Positions 60,604 to 64,000 of a stretch of 64,000 nucleotides of DNA are shown one piece after another. Below the pieces are notes generated by a model. The model worked only from the letters and a program-made list of their open reading frames with translations, was not told the DNA's origin and did not search any database. The DNA comes from a bacterium (GTDB lineage: Bacteria; Patescibacteriota; Patescibacteriia; JAGPKW01). Each line of letters begins with the position of its first letter. The stretch's first letter is position 1. The DNA lies in assembly GCA_021780535.1 (NCBI GenBank), contig JAJXYN010000009.1, positions 224,360 through 288,359 of the forward strand, in the 5' to 3' direction. A program made the translations under genes and the position numbers.

Positions 60604-62376
60604 TTATTTTTTAATAGAATATTGCTTTCCGAATAATAAATCATTGTATATAATTGAGAAATTTGAAAGTTGGGATGTTGATAAAATAGAATTAAAAGAA
60701 TTTGATAATTTTACATACTCTGGTGTTGTTTTATCCACATATAATGGTCTAATATTATTTAATTCTTCTATATTAAATAAATCTAACAATGTATCTTTTG
60801 TTTCTACTCCTATTTTATTTAATATTTGTTCCCCAAATCTAAACATGTTTACATGCCCAACATTTTCTATTTTATTTTTATTGATGAATATTAATGGCGT
60901 TGAATGAAGAGTTAATTCATTTAATGTGTTTGTTTTTTTATAAACTTCTTGATTCATTCCTAAAAATGGTAAATGATCACCTGTTATTATTATTATAGAA
61001 TTTTGATCATTTTTTCTTATTTTATCAACAAATTCTGAAATTTCTTTTGTTGAATAATAAATGGAATTTGAATAATTATTTATCCAATCATTGTTTATAT
61101 TATTTGTTATAATGTGTGGCCTTTTGCTATTTAATGAATATGGTATATGTGTTGACAATGTCATATAATAATTAAATTTTGGTTTACTATTATTATTATT
61201 TTTATTAGCTAGATCATATGCTTGATTTAAAAATGATTGATCTGATAATTTACCATCATTAAGATCGTCCATATTAAAATCATTTAAAGAAAAATAATTT
61301 TTAAATCCTATTTTTTTATAAGCATTTGTTCTATTAAAAAAATTCGCATAATCTGGGTGAAATGCATTTGTTTCGTACCCTAATTCCGACAATATGTTTG
61401 GAAGGCATGCTAAATTATTTTTTAACTCAGTCTGGAATACTACACTATTATTTAAAACTGGAATGCCACACAATAATTCAAACTCTGGATCAGCTGTCTT
61501 ACCTTCAAACGTTGGGCTTACTAAAAAATTATCTTTGGATTGATTTCTTAAATCTCTAAAATCTTTATAAAAAGGATCTTGAGAATAACTTGAATTATTT
61601 AATAATTTCGGATCCCACAATGACTCCACTAAAATAAAATAAATATTTGGAAGTGGCTTTAAAGAAGAAGCAATTGTAGATGAAAATGGATAAGAAGATA
61701 AAATTTTATTTTTACCAATAGAATTTAACGCATCCTCTACTGTTTGTTGTTTTGGAATTTCTTTTTTATTATCTGATCTTATGTATTGGTCTATAAAATA
61801 CATAAACGGTCCTTCGTGTTTATAATTTTCTTGTTGATTCCAAAATAAATATGACACATCTGCTTTATTTATTATAGAATCATACTGCTTTGAAAATATA
61901 TTTAAAGAAATTATAAACAACATTAATATTATAAATAATACCAATCCTGATTTTCTAAATTTAAAATTTAAAATTAATACGAGTACTATTATAGATAAAG
62001 CAATAATTATAAGTACTACAAATATTGGGTTAATCATCCATATAGCTATTATCGCTTCTTTTGCTGAAAATACATCATCCATTATTATTGGTGCTCCAAA
62101 AAAAGCAGTTTTTATTGAGTCTGATACTTGTATAGTAAGTAATATTATAAATTGTATTATTAAAAATATATTTATTTTTTTAGAAAATAAAAATAATATA
62201 TAGCTGATAAATACAAAAAAAATAATATCTGAGATTATATATATTGAACTTAATAAATTTAATTTAAAAAAAATAATATTTATTAAATTTATTATTATAT
62301 AAAAAAATATTCCAGAGATTATTGGTGTAAAATAGAATATTTTTGTTTTAATTATTTCTAAATTTATTTTATTCAT
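60604..62376 (-). CDS. LTA synthase-family (sulfatase-fold) membrane protein
   Basis: TM region; ILVESLWD, TADPEFELLCG, FFNR..AY...GF, STHIPY, GDHLP. Confidence 0.9.
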   Translation of the reverse strand: MNKINLEIIKTKIFYFTPIISGIFFYIIINLINIIFFKLNLLSSIYIISDIIFFVFISYILFLFSKKINIFLIIQFIILLTIQVSDSIKTAFFGAPIIMDDVFSAKEAIIAIWMINPIFVVLIIIALSIIVLVLILNFKFRKSGLVLFIILMLFIISLNIFSKQYDSIINKADVSYLFWNQQENYKHEGPFMYFIDQYIRSDNKKEIPKQQTVEDALNSIGKNKILSSYPFSSTIASSLKPLPNIYFILVESLWDPKLLNNSSYSQDPFYKDFRDLRNQSKDNFLVSPTFEGKTADPEFELLCGIPVLNNSVVFQTELKNNLACLPNILSELGYETNAFHPDYANFFNRTNAYKKIGFKNYFSLNDFNMDDLNDGKLSDQSFLNQAYDLANKNNNNSKPKFNYYMTLSTHIPYSLNSKRPHIITNNINNDWINNYSNSIYYSTKEISEFVDKIRKNDQNSIIIITGDHLPFLGMNQEVYKKTNTLNELTLHSTPLIFINKNKIENVGHVNMFRFGEQILNKIGVETKDTLLDLFNIEELNNIRPLYVDKTTPEYVKLSNSFNSILSTSQLSNFSIIYNDLLFGKQYSIKK

Positions 62377-62486
62377 GAAGAAAGTATAATATAAAAATAG
62401 ATATATGGAAATATGGAAAATTTAAATATAAAAAAATAGGTTCCAGATATACATCTGAAACCTACAATAAACAGATAGACTTGAGA

Positions 62487-63014
62487 TTATCCTGCTATTA
62501 CTGTAATTTGTTTTATAACAAAGTCTGTAATTGCATAGGCCGCAGCTATAATAGCTATACCAATCATTCCTGATGTCATAAGCTTTCTTGCTGAACCAAT
62601 TTTTGTTGGATCTCCTTTTGAAATCATCCATTGTATTCCACCCCAAATAATGAAAATAAGAGCTACAGTTCCAGATATTCCAAGTATTACTTTAATAACA
62701 TTTCCTATTATTACTGGAACAGATGTTGTTGTATTTAATCCACCAGAACCAGCTAATGATGCTGCCGAATTAGTAGAACCTGATGTATTTAAGTTGTCAT
62801 ATTTAGAAACAGCTGAACAAGTAGCGGCACCAGTATCAGTAGCGCATGTACAAGAAAAACCCGTACCAGAAGTTACACAAGTTGTTGTACTACCAGATCC
62901 ACAATTACCCGCGCTTGATCCACATGTTACCGTATCTGCAAACACAGATGATGTTGACATTACTAGCACTGAAAATATCGCAATAAATATTGAGCTTAAT
63001 AAAAATTTTTTCAT
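62487..63014 (-). CDS. VirB2/TrbC-like pilin with Cys-rich variable N-terminal domain
   Basis: Signal peptide; IIWGGIQWMISKGD..KI..AR...IGIAII..AYAI. Confidence 0.85.
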   Translation of the reverse strand: MKKFLLSSIFIAIFSVLVMSTSSVFADTVTCGSSAGNCGSGSTTTCVTSGTGFSCTCATDTGAATCSAVSKYDNLNTSGSTNSAASLAGSGGLNTTTSVPVIIGNVIKVILGISGTVALIFIIWGGIQWMISKGDPTKIGSARKLMTSGMIGIAIIAAAYAITDFVIKQITVIAG

Positions 63015-63298
63015 TTTGATTAGTTAAAAAATTATTTAATTTTTGTTATTTTTATATTTTATCACAAAAAAATAAAATATGGAAATATTGACACATGGGG
63101 ATATGTTAACTACCCTGCTATTACTGTAATTTGTTTTATAACAAAGTCTGTAATTGCATAGGCCGCAGCTATAATAGCTATACCAATCATTCCTGATGTC
63201 ATAAGCTTTCTTGCTGAACCAATTTTTGTTGGATCTCCTTTTGAAATCATCCATTGTATTCCACCCCAAATAATGAAAATAAGAGCTACAGTTCCAGA
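62491..63298. repeat. 185-bp exact direct repeat (62491-62675 and 63114-63298)
   Basis: Base-by-base identity over the 3' third of both pilin genes; offset 623 bp. Confidence 0.95.
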
Positions 63299-63637
63299 CA
63301 CACCAAGTATTACTTTTATTACTGAGCCTATTATTGCTGGAACAGAAGTACTAGAAAGACCTGCTTGATCACTAACTGTTTCTAGTCCTGCTCCAAATGG
63401 CTTTTTGCAAGAACAACTTCCAAGAGCACCATCTCTTGAACACATTGTACCACCAGTACAATCATCACCACATAAACTTCCCTTATCTGAAGGAATTGTT
63501 CCCGTTTGGTCAATTACGCAACCACCCGCCGCATAAGCACATGCTGCACAGACTGATGCATTAACTTTATTATTACTTACGAAAATAATAATAATTGTAA
63601 AAACACTCACAAACAATAACTTAAATATATTTTTCAT
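63110..63637 (-). CDS. VirB2/TrbC-like pilin with Cys-rich variable N-terminal domain
   Basis: Same C-terminus as 62487-63014 with a different Cys-rich N-domain. Confidence 0.85.
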   Translation of the reverse strand: MKNIFKLLFVSVFTIIIIFVSNNKVNASVCAACAYAAGGCVIDQTGTIPSDKGSLCGDDCTGGTMCSRDGALGSCSCKKPFGAGLETVSDQAGLSSTSVPAIIGSVIKVILGVSGTVALIFIIWGGIQWMISKGDPTKIGSARKLMTSGMIGIAIIAAAYAITDFVIKQITVIAG

Positions 63638-63672
63638 TTTGGTTTTTAATATTAATATTATAATTATAACAC

Positions 63673-63999
63673 TTAGTTTCTAAACATTCTATATATTTTA
63701 TTTATTTCTACTATTTCTATATTTGTATTTAATTTTTTTGATTTCTCTAATATTATATCCTTATAATCTTTTTGTTCACGAATGTATTTTTCTGAGAGAT
63801 GATAAAGAATTAAAGATGAGAACAAATTAGAATTTAATGAGTTGGATGAAAATTTTTTAACTAAAGATTCTAAATCAGTGTGAGCAGCATCACATTCAGC
63901 TTTAGTTAAAAAAGTACATTCATGCATCAATATCTCCGTCTGTCCTATTTTTTCTAAATCAACTGGAAGAGAATCTCCACAATAAGTTACATATTTATA
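63673..63999 (-). CDS. 3' part of an RNase Z-like MBL-fold protein, truncated by the window edge
   Basis: Frame open to the edge: TYCGDS...ILMHECTF...AHT...LYHLS. Confidence 0.7.
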   Translation of the reverse strand, partial: YKYVTYCGDSLPVDLEKIGQTEILMHECTFLTKAECDAAHTDLESLVKKFSSNSLNSNLFSSLILYHLSEKYIREQKDYKDIILEKSKKLNTNIEIVEINKIYRMFRN

Positions 64000-64000
64000 A

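Noticed and set aside
206-61559. Many short antisense or overlapping ORFs in the track (e.g. 853-1230, 19988-20440, 58194-58604)
   Set aside because: Shadows of well-supported genes on the opposite strand
62422-63269. ORFs 62422-62646 and 63036-63269 (MGWNTMDDF...)
   Set aside because: Alternate frames of the duplicated pilin segment
62491-63298. Diversity-generating retroelement TR/VR pair
   Set aside because: Copies are identical with no adenine-specific mismatches, and no reverse transcriptase is present
1-64000. CRISPR array
   Set aside because: No regularly spaced repeat-spacer series seen; the Cas4-like features of DUF2779 have no cas context
1-64000. Alternative genetic code (TGA read as Gly or Trp)
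   Set aside because: Long conserved genes are intact in the standard code, and TGA serves as a stop in several of them

Overview
Very AT-rich bacterial chromosome segment using the standard genetic code. The gene set suggests a Patescibacteria/CPR organism (inference): ECF sigma plus DUF5667-like protein, VirB2/TrbC-like pilins, cohesin/dockerin proteins, and core genes without Shine-Dalgarno sites. It carries housekeeping genes (gpmI, mgtA, typA, pyk, lemA, rpoD, dnaG, nth), three tRNAs (Phe, Arg, Gly), a flavinylation/ferric-reductase operon, and an accessory stretch with three paralogous small genes, a solute-binding protein, an MCP and a GGDEF protein. A ~14.5 kb element (33325-47821) is integrated at the 3' end of tRNA-Gly and encodes a large serine recombinase, a type III R-M/DUF2779 operon and a P-loop NTPase module. 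Main leads: (1) the crossover site lies inside the recombinase gene, so excision would give the enzyme a new 15-aa C-terminus; (2) two leaders of unrelated sequence but the same switch-like RNA topology precede the recombinase and the R-M operon; (3) a WxL/DUF916/giant adhesin/dockerin/cohesin cluster has a shared N-terminal QF[ST]LKI strand that suggests a donor-strand filament anchored through cohesin-dockerin; (4) two tandem pilins share an identical 185-bp constant region; (5) a candidate autoregulatory ECF promoter occurs twice. All family assignments come from reading motifs by eye; no database searches were run.
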